Of a stretch of 64,000 nt of DNA, positions 8,477 through 17,860 are shown one piece after another. The position numbers were made by a program, and so were the translations under genes. Each line of letters opens with the position of its first letter. Position 1 is the stretch's first letter. Source of the stretch: Anaerolineales bacterium (lineage in GTDB: Bacteria > Chloroflexota > Anaerolineae > Anaerolineales > Villigracilaceae); assembly GCA_016789225.1 (NCBI GenBank), contig JAEURI010000002.1, forward strand, positions 5,062 to 69,061, given 5' to 3'. A model generated the notes under the pieces. It searched no databases. It worked only from the letters and a program-made list of their open reading frames with translations, and had not been told where the DNA came from.

Positions 8477-9661
8477 ATGATGAAAAATCGGGAACTTGCA
8501 AATTCTCACGTATGGGAAAAATGGGATTGGGTATTTCATGCCATTTCCTACAGCGTCTTGATCCTGCAATCGCTGCTTTTCCTGAGCAATGACCTGAAAT
8601 ATGCCGCCACTCCGGCCCTTATGTCATTGAGCGCCTTGCTGGCATTTTGGTATTTTCCCCTTATGTTTCGGCGCGACGAATTGTGGGTTATCCATCCGGC
8701 GCGCACACTGGCATATCAAATCATAGGTTGGGTTATTTGGGGTTTTCTTATCGCTTCGCACCCGGCAGCGTTGATGCTGGCCGCGATGTTCTACCCGATC
8801 CTCTTTGCGCGGATGCCGATCCGCTGGGCGATCTTCAGCGCATCGATCATGACTGTGGGTTTGCTTCTCAATTCATTTTTTTCCTTCGATATGGACCGCT
8901 CTGCAATACCTACATTCATCATTCTAGGGATTATGGGCCTTGGTACGGCTATTATCATCGGTTCCTTCATCAACTCGCTCATCATGCAGAGTCATGAACG
9001 TCAAAGGTTGATCGATGAGCTGTCACAAACCCGTGCAAATTTGCTGAAAGTGGAACGTGAAGCAGGCATCCTGGCAGAGCGGCAGCGCCTCGCGCGCGAA
9101 ATTCACGATACGCTCGCGCAGGACTTTACCAGCATCATCATGCATCTGACCGCCGCGCGTTTAAATAATTCCGGCACATCCTACCTTCAACAAGCCGAAC
9201 AAACTGCGCGCGAAGGACTCGAAGAAGCACGGCGCATTGTATGGGCTTTGCGTCCTGAACAATTGGAACATTCCACATTGGTCGAGTCCATCGAAGGCTT
9301 CGCGGCGCGCTGGTCCGCGGAGAATGGCGTCAGCGTGAACGCGGCCATTACCGGCATCGCCAGGCCACTCGGTCCGGAAAAGGATGCGGCGCTTTTGCGC
9401 GTCACCCAGGAGGCCATGAACAACATCAAAAAACATGCCAGGGCCAGCCGGGTGGACATCACCCTTTCCTATATGCCCGATCTCGTTGCCCTGGATATCG
9501 TGGATGACGGCATTGGTTTTGAGAAAGGCCATCATCAGGGATTTGGCTTGAAGACCATGCGCGAGCGTGTGGAGGAATTGCGCGGGGCGTTGGTCATCGA
9601 AAGCCAGCGCGAAAAAGGCACTGCCATTGCGATCTCTTTACCCATTCAAGAGGATGCATGA
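8477..9661 (+). CDS. Membrane sensor histidine kinase (HisKA_3, DesK/NarX-like)
   Basis: ERQRLAREIHDTLAQ H-box; QEAMNNIKKHA; DDGIGF; GFGL. Confidence 0.92.
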   Translation: MMKNRELANSHVWEKWDWVFHAISYSVLILQSLLFLSNDLKYAATPALMSLSALLAFWYFPLMFRRDELWVIHPARTLAYQIIGWVIWGFLIASHPAALMLAAMFYPILFARMPIRWAIFSASIMTVGLLLNSFFSFDMDRSAIPTFIILGIMGLGTAIIIGSFINSLIMQSHERQRLIDELSQTRANLLKVEREAGILAERQRLAREIHDTLAQDFTSIIMHLTAARLNNSGTSYLQQAEQTAREGLEEARRIVWALRPEQLEHSTLVESIEGFAARWSAENGVSVNAAITGIARPLGPEKDAALLRVTQEAMNNIKKHARASRVDITLSYMPDLVALDIVDDGIGFEKGHHQGFGLKTMRERVEELRGALVIESQREKGTAIAISLPIQEDA

Positions 9662-10287
9662 CGATTCGACTTATCATTGCAGATGATCACCCCGTTGTGC
9701 GCAGCGGATTGAAAGCCATTCTCGCTTCACAACCAGACTTTGAGCTGGTCGCTGACGTGGAAAATGGAGAGGCCGCTGTAGCCGCTTCTGCAAAATTTAA
9801 ACCAGACCTTATTCTGATGGACTTGCAAATGCCCGTCATGGATGGCGTGACCGCCACAGCCCAAATTCGCGCAAAGAATGTATCGGTTCATGTTCTGGTT
9901 CTCACCACCTATGATACCGATGCGGATATTTTGCGCGCACTCGAAGCAGGGGCGACTGGCTATCTGTTGAAAGATGCGCCGCCGGAGGAATTGTTTCGTT
10001 CGATTCGTTCTGCTGCCCGTGGCGAAGTGACCCTGTCCCCCAGCATCGCCGGAAAGTTAACGAAGCGATTGACTCACCCGCTCGAACGTTCGCTGAGCGG
10101 CCGTGAGATCGAAGTGCTCTCCATTGCCGCCCGTGGTGACTCGAACAAGGAGATCGCTGCAAAACTACACATCACCGAAGCGACAGTTAAATCGCATTTT
10201 GTGCATATCTTCGATAAACTGAACGTAACGGACCGCACCGCCGCCGTGACCCTGGCTTTGGAAAAGAAGATGATCCGCTTGGATTAA
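9658..10287 (+). CDS. NarL/LuxR family response regulator
   Basis: IADDHPVVR, LMDLQMP, LSGREIEVL..SNKEIA..L.ITEATVKSH. Confidence 0.95.
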   Translation: MTIRLIIADDHPVVRSGLKAILASQPDFELVADVENGEAAVAASAKFKPDLILMDLQMPVMDGVTATAQIRAKNVSVHVLVLTTYDTDADILRALEAGATGYLLKDAPPEELFRSIRSAARGEVTLSPSIAGKLTKRLTHPLERSLSGREIEVLSIAARGDSNKEIAAKLHITEATVKSHFVHIFDKLNVTDRTAAVTLALEKKMIRLD

Positions 10288-10289
10288 TT

Positions 10290-10553
10290 CTACAAATGCC
10301 CGCCTGCCTCAGCCTGGTCGAGCACAGCCAGGATGGTGCGCACCAACTCCCGCGCCGCGGACTCGCTCAATTCCACTGCCACGCGTGCAGATGGGCCTTG
10401 TGATTCGTTCACGAAATCAATGTTCAAGGCATGTTCATAGGGGGCATTGAAGGGATGGTCGTAGGAGATATTGGCCTGCTGCAATGAAAACCAGCCCTGC
10501 GTTCCCTTGCCGCTGCCTTCGATCTTTACTTTTTCAACGATCATGGTACACAT
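10290..10553 (-). CDS. Small conserved hypothetical protein (DUF6295-like)
   Basis: MCTMI...GSGKG..GWF...YDHPF.AP.EHALNIDF...ARVAVELS. Confidence 0.65.
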   Translation of the reverse strand: MCTMIVEKVKIEGSGKGTQGWFSLQQANISYDHPFNAPYEHALNIDFVNESQGPSARVAVELSESAARELVRTILAVLDQAEAGGHL

Positions 10554-10562
10554 GAATTTCTC

Positions 10563-11318
10563 CTATGCCAAATGTTTTTCGAGGAAGGTGAAGACCTTCT
10601 GCCAGCCGTCCACGGCCTGTTCCTGGCGATAGTTCGGGCGGTGATAGTAGAAGAAACCATGCCCCGCATTCGGGTACATGTGAAATTCATAATTCTTGCC
10701 TTGCTTTTTGAGCTCCGCCTCGTGGATCTTCACCTGATCAGGAGTTGGGCTGGAATCCTCTTCGCCAAACAAACCCAAAATGGGGCAGGGCAGGTCACGG
10801 GTATGGTCAAGAGGCGAGACGGGCATTTTTGCCGTCAACTTTTCGGGAGCCATCACCACATTCCCACCCCAGCAATCCACAATGGCATCGAATCCTTTGG
10901 CGCGGCAGGCGGCCAGGTAAGCATGTCGTCCGCCGGAGCAGGTGCCAAAGATGCCGACCTTACCGTTGATGTAATCCAATTCGCGCAGGTGCTTCAGTGC
11001 GCCTTCAAGATCGCCGACCGCCTGGTCGTCTGAAACCCCGCCATCGGCCCGAACTTTCGCCGCCACATCTTCGGGCGTTCCATGCCCTGCTCGAAAATAT
11101 AGATTGGGGGAGATGGTCACATATCCATGATGCGCAAACTTGTAAGTTGCCTCGCGATACCATTCATCCCAACCCGGCATGTGATGCGCCAATACCATGG
11201 CGGGAAATTTTCCTTCACCAAGCGGGCGCGCCATATAGGCGTTGATCGTTTCCCCGTTCGCTCCTGTCATCGTGACGGTCTCGGCCAGTACGCCTTCATA
11301 CATATCGGTAGTGTACAT
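10563..11318 (-). CDS. Dienelactone hydrolase family protein
   Basis: GTCSGG nucleophile motif, GLFGEED, YPNAGHGFF. Confidence 0.9.
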   Translation of the reverse strand: MYTTDMYEGVLAETVTMTGANGETINAYMARPLGEGKFPAMVLAHHMPGWDEWYREATYKFAHHGYVTISPNLYFRAGHGTPEDVAAKVRADGGVSDDQAVGDLEGALKHLRELDYINGKVGIFGTCSGGRHAYLAACRAKGFDAIVDCWGGNVVMAPEKLTAKMPVSPLDHTRDLPCPILGLFGEEDSSPTPDQVKIHEAELKKQGKNYEFHMYPNAGHGFFYYHRPNYRQEQAVDGWQKVFTFLEKHLA

Positions 11319-11336
11319 ATACAGCTCCTCAATCGA

Positions 11337-12041
11337 TTATGGATACGGTAAAACGTAAAACAACATCACCAGGAACATGATCGCATTCCCGCCCAGCACA
11401 CAAATGTGCCAGATCTCATGGTTTCCAAAATAAGGCGGGAAGGGATTGGGCTTTCCAAAGGCAAAGATCAATGCGCCCACGGTATAGAACAACCCGCCTA
11501 TTACGAGCAGGATCATGGCTTGGAGTCCTAATTGATTGTAAATAGGACCGACCAAAAAGACGATGATCCATCCCATCAACAGAAAACTGATATTCGACAA
11601 CATTACAGAGATCTTCGTGAAGAAGATGGATTTCAATGTAATGAAGAACACCGCCAGACTCCAGATGACCCCGAACAACACCCAGCCGGTCGCGCCGCTG
11701 AAGATGGTCAGGCAGAAGGGCGTGTACGTTCCGGCGATGAGAATGTAGATGGCGTTGTGGTCAAGAATGCCAAAGACCCGCAAATATTTTCCAAAGAGTA
11801 AAAAGAAATGCAACAAACAACTGAATAAAAAGGAGAGGAACAGACTCGTACCATAAATGGCGAAACCAACCACATGCGCGGGTTTTCCGGCAATGGCCGC
11901 CAGAGAAACAAGCACAGCCAGCGCAGAGATCGAAAGAATCGCGCCAATTAAATGGCTTATCGAGTTGAAATATTCGTTGCTATCCGGTGAAGAGATGAGC
12001 GGGTCGAGGGCGGGTTTGTTCAATCCGGATATACCTTCCAA
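11337..12041 (-). CDS. Hemolysin III (PAQR) family membrane protein
   Basis: NSISHLIG, LDHNAIYILIAGTYTP, HEIWHICVL; exact start uncertain. Confidence 0.9.
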   Translation of the reverse strand: MEGISGLNKPALDPLISSPDSNEYFNSISHLIGAILSISALAVLVSLAAIAGKPAHVVGFAIYGTSLFLSFLFSCLLHFFLLFGKYLRVFGILDHNAIYILIAGTYTPFCLTIFSGATGWVLFGVIWSLAVFFITLKSIFFTKISVMLSNISFLLMGWIIVFLVGPIYNQLGLQAMILLVIGGLFYTVGALIFAFGKPNPFPPYFGNHEIWHICVLGGNAIMFLVMLFYVLPYP

Positions 12042-12496
12042 CCCAACTCTTCCAATTGCGACATATCCAATTGCTGGTCCGGCACATTGATATGCATGCC
12101 CGTCCCTTCGGCCAGCAGTTCGTCCGTTTCAGCATCATAGATTCCCGCCCATGCCTCAGCGATTCTGCCTTTGGTCTTGCCAACCTTGCCGACGATTTTC
12201 AACAACTTCCCAATGGGTACATTCTTACGATATTTCACTTCCAGCTTGCCAGTGAACATGAAGCGCGGGTTGTTTGGGTCACTGCCCATGTGCGCCCGCC
12301 CTGAGATCTCGTCGATCAGCGCCGCCACAATGCCGCCGTGCAAAACACCAGGATAGCCCTGAAAATGGTCCGGCGCGATATATTGTGTTTCAACCACCCC
12401 GGGTGCCGTTTCATAAATATGCAAATGCAAACCGACGGGATTTTCCAGTCCACAGATAAAGCAATGACGCGAGTTGGGTTGTTTTATTTTTGGCAT
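12020..12496 (-). CDS. PaaI family hotdog thioesterase
   Basis: CFICGLENPVGL, FQGYPGVLHGGIVAALIDE; true start MPKIKQ at 12496. Confidence 0.88.
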   Translation of the reverse strand: MPKIKQPNSRHCFICGLENPVGLHLHIYETAPGVVETQYIAPDHFQGYPGVLHGGIVAALIDEISGRAHMGSDPNNPRFMFTGKLEVKYRKNVPIGKLLKIVGKVGKTKGRIAEAWAGIYDAETDELLAEGTGMHINVPDQQLDMSQLEELGWKVYPD

Positions 12497-12517
12497 GAGC
12501 CGGATTATACTCTGGAC
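12497..12517. promoter_or_regulatory. Overlapping bidirectional -10 elements for two probably leaderless genes
   Basis: TATACT (+, 12506-12511) lies 6 nt before ATG 12518; TATAAT (-, 12509-12504) lies 7 nt before ATG 12496; no SD on either side. Confidence 0.65.
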
Positions 12518-13489
12518 ATGACTCCGCCCAAAATCCTCATCACCCGCCTCATCCCCGACCTTGGCCTGAATCTCGTCAAGGAGCATTTTCCCACCCTGGA
12601 AGTTTTTACCGCCGACCTGCCGCCGACCCGTGAGCAATTGCTCGAAAAAGTTCGCGGCGTGGATGGCTTGCTTTGCCTTCTCACCGAACGCATCGACACA
12701 GAGTTGATGGACGCCATCGGCCCGCAAGTGAAGGTCATCAGCAGCATGTCCGTTGGCGTGGATCATATTGACCTTGCTGAAGCCACCAAGCGCGGAATTC
12801 CCATCGGCAACACACCCGGCGTTTTGACAGATGCCACCGCCGACCAGGCTTTTGCCCTCCTGCTTGCCGCTGCGCGCCGCATCACGGAAGCGGAACGATT
12901 CCTGCGCGCGGGAAAATGGATCACATGGTGTCCCTCACTATTTCTTGGCGCAGACTTGCATGGCGCGACGTTGGGCATCGTCGGCTTCGGTCGCATTGGG
13001 CAGGCGGTTGCCAAACGTGCCCAGGGATTCGGACTGCGGGTCATCTATCACGACCCCACGGCCCAACCGGCTTTCGGCTCTCAGCCCGCCGAACTGGATG
13101 ATTTATTGCGCGAGTCAGATTTTGTTTCCATTCATGTTCCTTTGACCCAAAAGACCAAGCATCTTGTCGATGCCGAATTTCTCTCGAAAATGAAATCCAA
13201 CGCTGTCCTGGTCAATACGGCCCGCGGTGGGGTAGTGGATCAAACTGCCTTGTATGTTGCCCTGAAATCAAAACGCATCTTTGCCGCCGCCCTGGATGTG
13301 ACCGACCCCGAACCCCTGCCCATGGATTCCCCGCTGCTCGAACTGGAAAACTGCATCATCGTCCCGCACCTCGGCTCTGCCAGTAAATGGACGCGCGACC
13401 AGATGTCTCTATTGGCGGCGCAAAACTTGATCGCTGGCTTGAATGGCGAGCGCTTGCCTCATTGTGCCAACCCGGATGTGTATCGTTAA
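12518..13489 (+). CDS. gyaR: D-2-hydroxyacid dehydrogenase (glyoxylate reductase/D-glycerate dehydrogenase)
   Basis: NTPGVLTDATAD, GIVGFGRIG, VNTARG, ALDVTDPEP, PHLGSA. Confidence 0.88.
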   Translation: MTPPKILITRLIPDLGLNLVKEHFPTLEVFTADLPPTREQLLEKVRGVDGLLCLLTERIDTELMDAIGPQVKVISSMSVGVDHIDLAEATKRGIPIGNTPGVLTDATADQAFALLLAAARRITEAERFLRAGKWITWCPSLFLGADLHGATLGIVGFGRIGQAVAKRAQGFGLRVIYHDPTAQPAFGSQPAELDDLLRESDFVSIHVPLTQKTKHLVDAEFLSKMKSNAVLVNTARGGVVDQTALYVALKSKRIFAAALDVTDPEPLPMDSPLLELENCIIVPHLGSASKWTRDQMSLLAAQNLIAGLNGERLPHCANPDVYR

Positions 13490-13491
13490 TA

Positions 13492-13595
13492 AGACATCAT
13501 CGGTAATTAAGCCAAAACGTCCCGAAGGTTTGAGTAGATGACCAATTACTCACAACCTTCGGGACGTTATTTTTAAGTTGTTTCCGATAATGTCT
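13492..13595. repeat. Long (about 100 bp) imperfect palindrome between convergent genes
   Basis: AGACATCATCGG...AACGTCCCGAAGGTT.GAGTA-loop-TACTC..AACCTTCGGGACGTT...CCGATAATGTCT. Confidence 0.75.
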
Positions 13596-13638
13596 AATAA
13601 AGCAACATATATCTCAACATAAATGTTACGGTATCTTT

Positions 13639-14331
13639 TTACTTCTCCCCCCAATGAATGGCAATCGTCCCGAACATCAACCGTTTGAAATTTACGCGTC
13701 TAAAACCGACAGCCACCATGCGGACAGAAAGTTCCTCTGCAGTTAAGAATCCCTCGGTGCTGTCTGGTAAATAGGTGTAGGCGTCGCGCATCCCGGAGAG
13801 TACCCCGCCGATTGTGGGGATGATGACATGCATATGAAACTTAATGAAAGGGGAAAGGATATTTTTCTTCGGGCGTGTGGTATCGAGGATAACAATCCGC
13901 CCGCCGGGTTTGATCACCCGATGCTGTTCCTTCAGCGCCTGCTGAACGTCGGTCACATTACGCATCAAAAAACCGGAGACCACAGCATCGAACGTTTTTT
14001 CTTTGAACGGCAAATTCAACGCATCAGCAGATGAAAAATTAAGATCGCCATTTTTCTTTCCAACGCGCATCATCTCAAGGGTAAAATCGGCCGCGGTCAC
14101 GCGGGCTTTGGGGTACTGTGTCAGCGCCTCGCGGGCCAGGTCGCCGGTGCCCGTTCCCAGGTCCAGTAAAGAGGCGTGCGGACGCAGCCGTGTCAGCCGG
14201 ACAACTTCCCTTCTCCAGCGCACATCCTGCCCGCCGGTCATGAGTCGATTCATCAGATCATAGCGATGCGCGATCTTGGTGAACATGGATTGAACATAAT
14301 GGGCGCGTTCCCGCCCGGTTAGTTGGGTCAT
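13639..14331 (-). CDS. menG: Demethylmenaquinone methyltransferase
   Basis: MFTKIAHRYDLMNRLMTGG.D.RWR, LDLGTGTGD, FLMRNV, YTYLPDS; divergent from menA. Confidence 0.88.
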   Translation of the reverse strand: MTQLTGRERAHYVQSMFTKIAHRYDLMNRLMTGGQDVRWRREVVRLTRLRPHASLLDLGTGTGDLAREALTQYPKARVTAADFTLEMMRVGKKNGDLNFSSADALNLPFKEKTFDAVVSGFLMRNVTDVQQALKEQHRVIKPGGRIVILDTTRPKKNILSPFIKFHMHVIIPTIGGVLSGMRDAYTYLPDSTEGFLTAEELSVRMVAVGFRRVNFKRLMFGTIAIHWGEK

Positions 14332-14378
14332 CAATTCTCCTGAAAGCGTGATTATACCCATGTTATACTGCGGCCCTT

Positions 14379-15266
14379 ATGAGCGAAAAACCAAACCTGT
14401 TTCAAATTTGGTGGCTGGCCATTCGTCCGCGGACATTACCAGCAGCGGCTTCGGGCGTGGCGATGGGCAGCGCACTGGCATGGCATGATGGCTCGTTCCA
14501 ATTATTGCCCGCATTGGCGGCCCTGTTCGTTGCCTTATTGCTTCAAATTGGCAGCAACGTGGCCAACGATGTTTTTGACTTCGAGCGCGGCGCTGATACA
14601 GAGGGTAGGCTTGGCCCTGTACGTGTGACCCAGGCCGGATTGTTGACTCCGGCACAGGTCAAGCGCGGGATGTTCTTCATCTTTGCGCTGGCGGTCTTGC
14701 TTGGTTTGTATCTCGCGGCGCTTCGCGGCTGGACCGTGATCTGGCTCGGCGCTGCGGCCATTCTCGCCGCTGTGGCTTATACGGGCGGACCGTTTCCATT
14801 GGGTTATCATGGCCTGGGTGATGTTTTCGTTTTTATTTTCTTCGGTCTCGCGGCTGTAGCCGGGACGTATTTCGTGCAGGTCGGTTCGGTCAGCTTCGCG
14901 GCATGGTGGATGGCTGTTCCTGTGGGTTTGATCGTGACTGCGATCCTGGTTGTGAACAATCTGCGCGATCTCGAAAGCGACCACAAGGCAGGCAAACGCA
15001 CTCTTGCGGTTCGGTTGGGCGCGCAAGGCGCAAAAACCGAGTATGTCCTTTTGATGGGAGCAGCCTATTTGCTTGTGCCTGTTTTTGTAATGATGAATAT
15101 TATTCCAATCGGCGGGATGTTGGCTTGGCTCTCATTGCCTGTTGCAGTTCGTACCTTGAGGACGGTCTTTACGCAACAAGGACATCCGCTCAACGCTGCC
15201 CTCGCTGGCACAGGGCAGACCGCGTTTTTGTTCAGTTTATTTTTTTGGCTTGGGCTGCTATTTTGA
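14379..15266 (+). CDS. menA: 1,4-dihydroxy-2-naphthoate polyprenyltransferase
   Basis: AIRPRTLPA, NVANDVFDFERGAD, YTGGPFPLGYHGLGD, VVNNLRD..SD..AGKRTLAVRLG. Confidence 0.93.
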   Translation: MSEKPNLFQIWWLAIRPRTLPAAASGVAMGSALAWHDGSFQLLPALAALFVALLLQIGSNVANDVFDFERGADTEGRLGPVRVTQAGLLTPAQVKRGMFFIFALAVLLGLYLAALRGWTVIWLGAAAILAAVAYTGGPFPLGYHGLGDVFVFIFFGLAAVAGTYFVQVGSVSFAAWWMAVPVGLIVTAILVVNNLRDLESDHKAGKRTLAVRLGAQGAKTEYVLLMGAAYLLVPVFVMMNIIPIGGMLAWLSLPVAVRTLRTVFTQQGHPLNAALAGTGQTAFLFSLFFWLGLLF

Positions 15267-15287
15267 CGATGGACAACCATTTATTGT

Positions 15288-16028
15288 CTAACCAACAAAC
15301 TTCCACCTGCACCACTTTCTCTCCAACCAATCCACCGTGAAATACATGCCAAGTCCCAGCAGGCTCATGGCGATGACCCCTGCATACATGGATGGATAAT
15401 CCAGCAACGTGCTGCCTTTATAGTAGATGTAATAGCCAAGCCCGTATTTGGTGGCGGAAAGTTCGGTGATATACAATACAGCTACTGCTGTGCCAATGGA
15501 TTGTCTCAATGCGGTGAGGATGGCAGGCAAACTTGCGGGCAGATAGATAAACCGAAAAAGCGCGCGCCTGCCTGCGCCGAGACTTTGCAGGCTTTGAATG
15601 AGTTGCGGTGCAATTCCACTAGCCTGGTCGCGGACGAGGACAATGATCTGAAAGAACAGGATCAGAAACATGATTGAGATCTTTGCCGTGTCGCCGATCC
15701 CCAGGAACAGGATGATCACCGGCACAAAGACCACTTTCGGAATTGGATACAGCAAATAAATAATCGGGGAAAATAGCCGGTTCAATCGTTTCGAGCCGCC
15801 AATGACCAGCCCTGCTGGGGCGGCCACTAAAACAGAGAGAAGCATCCCGGCAGTGACGCGCCACAGGCTGACTGCAAAATGTGTGAACAATCCATGTTGC
15901 AATTCCTTGAAGAAGACCGTAAACACTACAAACGGTGTTGGCAGAATAGGCATGGAGACCACCATGGCCAGGATTTGCCAGAGGACGATCAGCGCCAGGG
16001 CAGCCAAAATGACATCGCGCCGTTTCAT
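15288..16028 (-). CDS. NitT/TauT (SsuC-like) ABC transporter permease
   Basis: ILPTP, SLWRV, LYPIPKV, SLGAGR..LFRFIYLPASLP, GLGYYI. Confidence 0.9.
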   Translation of the reverse strand: MKRRDVILAALALIVLWQILAMVVSMPILPTPFVVFTVFFKELQHGLFTHFAVSLWRVTAGMLLSVLVAAPAGLVIGGSKRLNRLFSPIIYLLYPIPKVVFVPVIILFLGIGDTAKISIMFLILFFQIIVLVRDQASGIAPQLIQSLQSLGAGRRALFRFIYLPASLPAILTALRQSIGTAVAVLYITELSATKYGLGYYIYYKGSTLLDYPSMYAGVIAMSLLGLGMYFTVDWLERKWCRWKFVG

Positions 16029-16798
16029 GCGAGGACATTCCTTTTTTGCATTTCAGCCCATAGCCGTTCGCAAATAGCATGAAATTTCACACTGGTGCGG
16101 TATCCGCTGGAGCCTGCATTTGGATTATCGAAAATATTCGCGCTTCGATTTGGCGGTGTATCGAGCAGGAGGATCTTTTGTCCAAGCGCAGCAGCTTCCT
16201 CAATGGCGTGGGTGACGATGACCAGTGTGATATTTTGCTCGTCACACAAAGAAAGGGTCAGGTTTTGCAAGTCTTCACGGGTGATGGCATCCAGTGAGGA
16301 GAATGGCTCGTCCATCAAGAGCAGGTCCGGTTCGAGGGCGAGAGTCCGTGCAATGGCGGTACGTTGACGCTGCCCGCCGGAGAGTTGGCCGGGAAATTTA
16401 TCAGCCACTTCGCTCAGGCCGAGGCGGTTGATCCAGCCTTCGATATTATCTTTTGGGAGGAAGTTTCTTGGCGTGTGCTTGCCATCTGGCCCATAAAGAT
16501 TGCGGACATTGATTCCCAGTTCCACGTTCTCGCGCACGGTGGACCAGGGCAACAGGCCGTAGTCTTGGAGGATCAATCCACTATGCGGGCGAGGGCGAAG
16601 GATCGGCTCATCATTGATCTTCACCTCGCCGGAGATTGGATGTTTCAGCCCAGCCAGCAGATATAGCAGGGTGGTCTTGCCGCAGCCGGATGGGCCGAGA
16701 ATGGCGCAGGTCTCGCCGCGGGAAATAGTCCAGTTGAAATCCTGGAAGAGCGGCAAGTGATTGGCGTATTGAAAAACGAGCGACTGGATGGATATCAT
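16025..16798 (-). CDS. NitT/TauT ABC transporter ATP-binding protein
   Basis: GPSGCGKT, LSGGQRQR, LLMDEPFSSLD, VTH. Confidence 0.93.
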   Translation of the reverse strand: MISIQSLVFQYANHLPLFQDFNWTISRGETCAILGPSGCGKTTLLYLLAGLKHPISGEVKINDEPILRPRPHSGLILQDYGLLPWSTVRENVELGINVRNLYGPDGKHTPRNFLPKDNIEGWINRLGLSEVADKFPGQLSGGQRQRTAIARTLALEPDLLLMDEPFSSLDAITREDLQNLTLSLCDEQNITLVIVTHAIEEAAALGQKILLLDTPPNRSANIFDNPNAGSSGYRTSVKFHAICERLWAEMQKRNVLA

Positions 16799-16806
16799 TG
16801 GGGTGT

Positions 16807-16842
16807 AAAGTGAAAGCCACCGCTGAGGTGACAGTCACTTTT
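16807..16842. repeat. Short imperfect intercistronic palindrome (REP-like)
   Basis: AAAGTGA..CCACC-GCTGA-GGTGACAGTCACTTT between SBP and ATPase genes. Confidence 0.4.
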
Positions 16843-16861
16843 TAACCGAAGCAGTTACCGG

Positions 16862-17860
16862 CTAGGGAAGAAGCGAACCGTTGACTGAATCTGTGTAATT
16901 CACATCCGCAGGTAGCATTCCCTTTTCTCTTGCCCATTTCAGCGCATCGTTCCATTCTTCTTCAGTAGGAATGCCATTCGCAGGGAATGGAGGTACTTTG
17001 AAGGTTTCCAGCAACGGCGGCGGGACAAGACCCTTGTCGCTTAATAGCGAGGTGTATTTGGCGGGGTCGGCGTTGATGTGGGCGGTCGCTTCGTCAATGG
17101 CGGCGAGAAAGGCCTGGACGGATTCAGCATTCGAGACGTTCACATCCTTGAGGAAGGAATAGACGCTGAAGCCGTATTCCGGATGCTTGGAATCATCGAG
17201 TACTTTTACCGCGCCCTGGCTGATGGCAAGCGATGCAAGCGGGTCAGGTAATACACCGGCGGCGAGTTCGCCGGAGCCGAGCAATGCCATGCGGTCCGGA
17301 ATCTTGGGCACGGCAATGGTCTTGATCTCATCGGCGGTCAGACCTTCGGCTTGCAGCAAACGCTCGGTGACGTATTCAATGACCGTTCCCTGTGACACCC
17401 CGATCTCAACGCCTTTGAGGCCTTGTGCATTGGTGATGCCGCTCTTGCCTGAAGCAAGGATGAAAAAATGTCCATAGCCTTCGGTGGGGCGAAGTGCATA
17501 GCGCACGGCTTGCATATGTACGGTATCTTTATTAAACAGCATGACGGAAAGGGTTTCGTTGATCGTCCCGTCCACTTCACCTGCGGCCAGCAATTGATCG
17601 CGTTCGGGGGCAGAGGCAACGGGAATCAGTTCGACCGTCAGGCCGCGTTTATAGAATAAGCCTTCCGCCTCGGCGACATACATGGGCAGTGTGTCGATAA
17701 TGGGAAGGACTGCGATGCGGAGTGTGCCGACATTTACACTTGGTGTATCAAACTGAATCACAGGGGCGGCTTCTGTTGCGGGAGCCAACGGGGCGCAGGC
17801 AGCAAGAAAAATGGGAATTAATATCAAGAGGGCAATGCTCTTTGTTGTTAATGATTTCAT
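16862..17860 (-). CDS. ABC transporter substrate-binding lipoprotein (SsuA/THI5/NMT1-like)
   Basis: Lipobox LAAC; LPMYVA..EGLF..RGL.VEL; IGVSQGTVIEY; GGAG RBS before ATG 17860. Confidence 0.88.
   Translation of the reverse strand: MKSLTTKSIALLILIPIFLAACAPLAPATEAAPVIQFDTPSVNVGTLRIAVLPIIDTLPMYVAEAEGLFYKRGLTVELIPVASAPERDQLLAAGEVDGTINETLSVMLFNKDTVHMQAVRYALRPTEGYGHFFILASGKSGITNAQGLKGVEIGVSQGTVIEYVTERLLQAEGLTADEIKTIAVPKIPDRMALLGSGELAAGVLPDPLASLAISQGAVKVLDDSKHPEYGFSVYSFLKDVNVSNAESVQAFLAAIDEATAHINADPAKYTSLLSDKGLVPPPLLETFKVPPFPANGIPTEEEWNDALKWAREKGMLPADVNYTDSVNGSLLP

Noticed and set aside
11337-12041. Haemolysin virulence factor
   Set aside because: Hemolysin III/PAQR proteins are widespread membrane proteins in non-pathogens.
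12338-12766. Apparent long head-to-head overlap of thioesterase and dehydrogenase ORFs
   Set aside because: Artefact of longest-ORF starts; family-typical sequence begins at 12496 and 12518.
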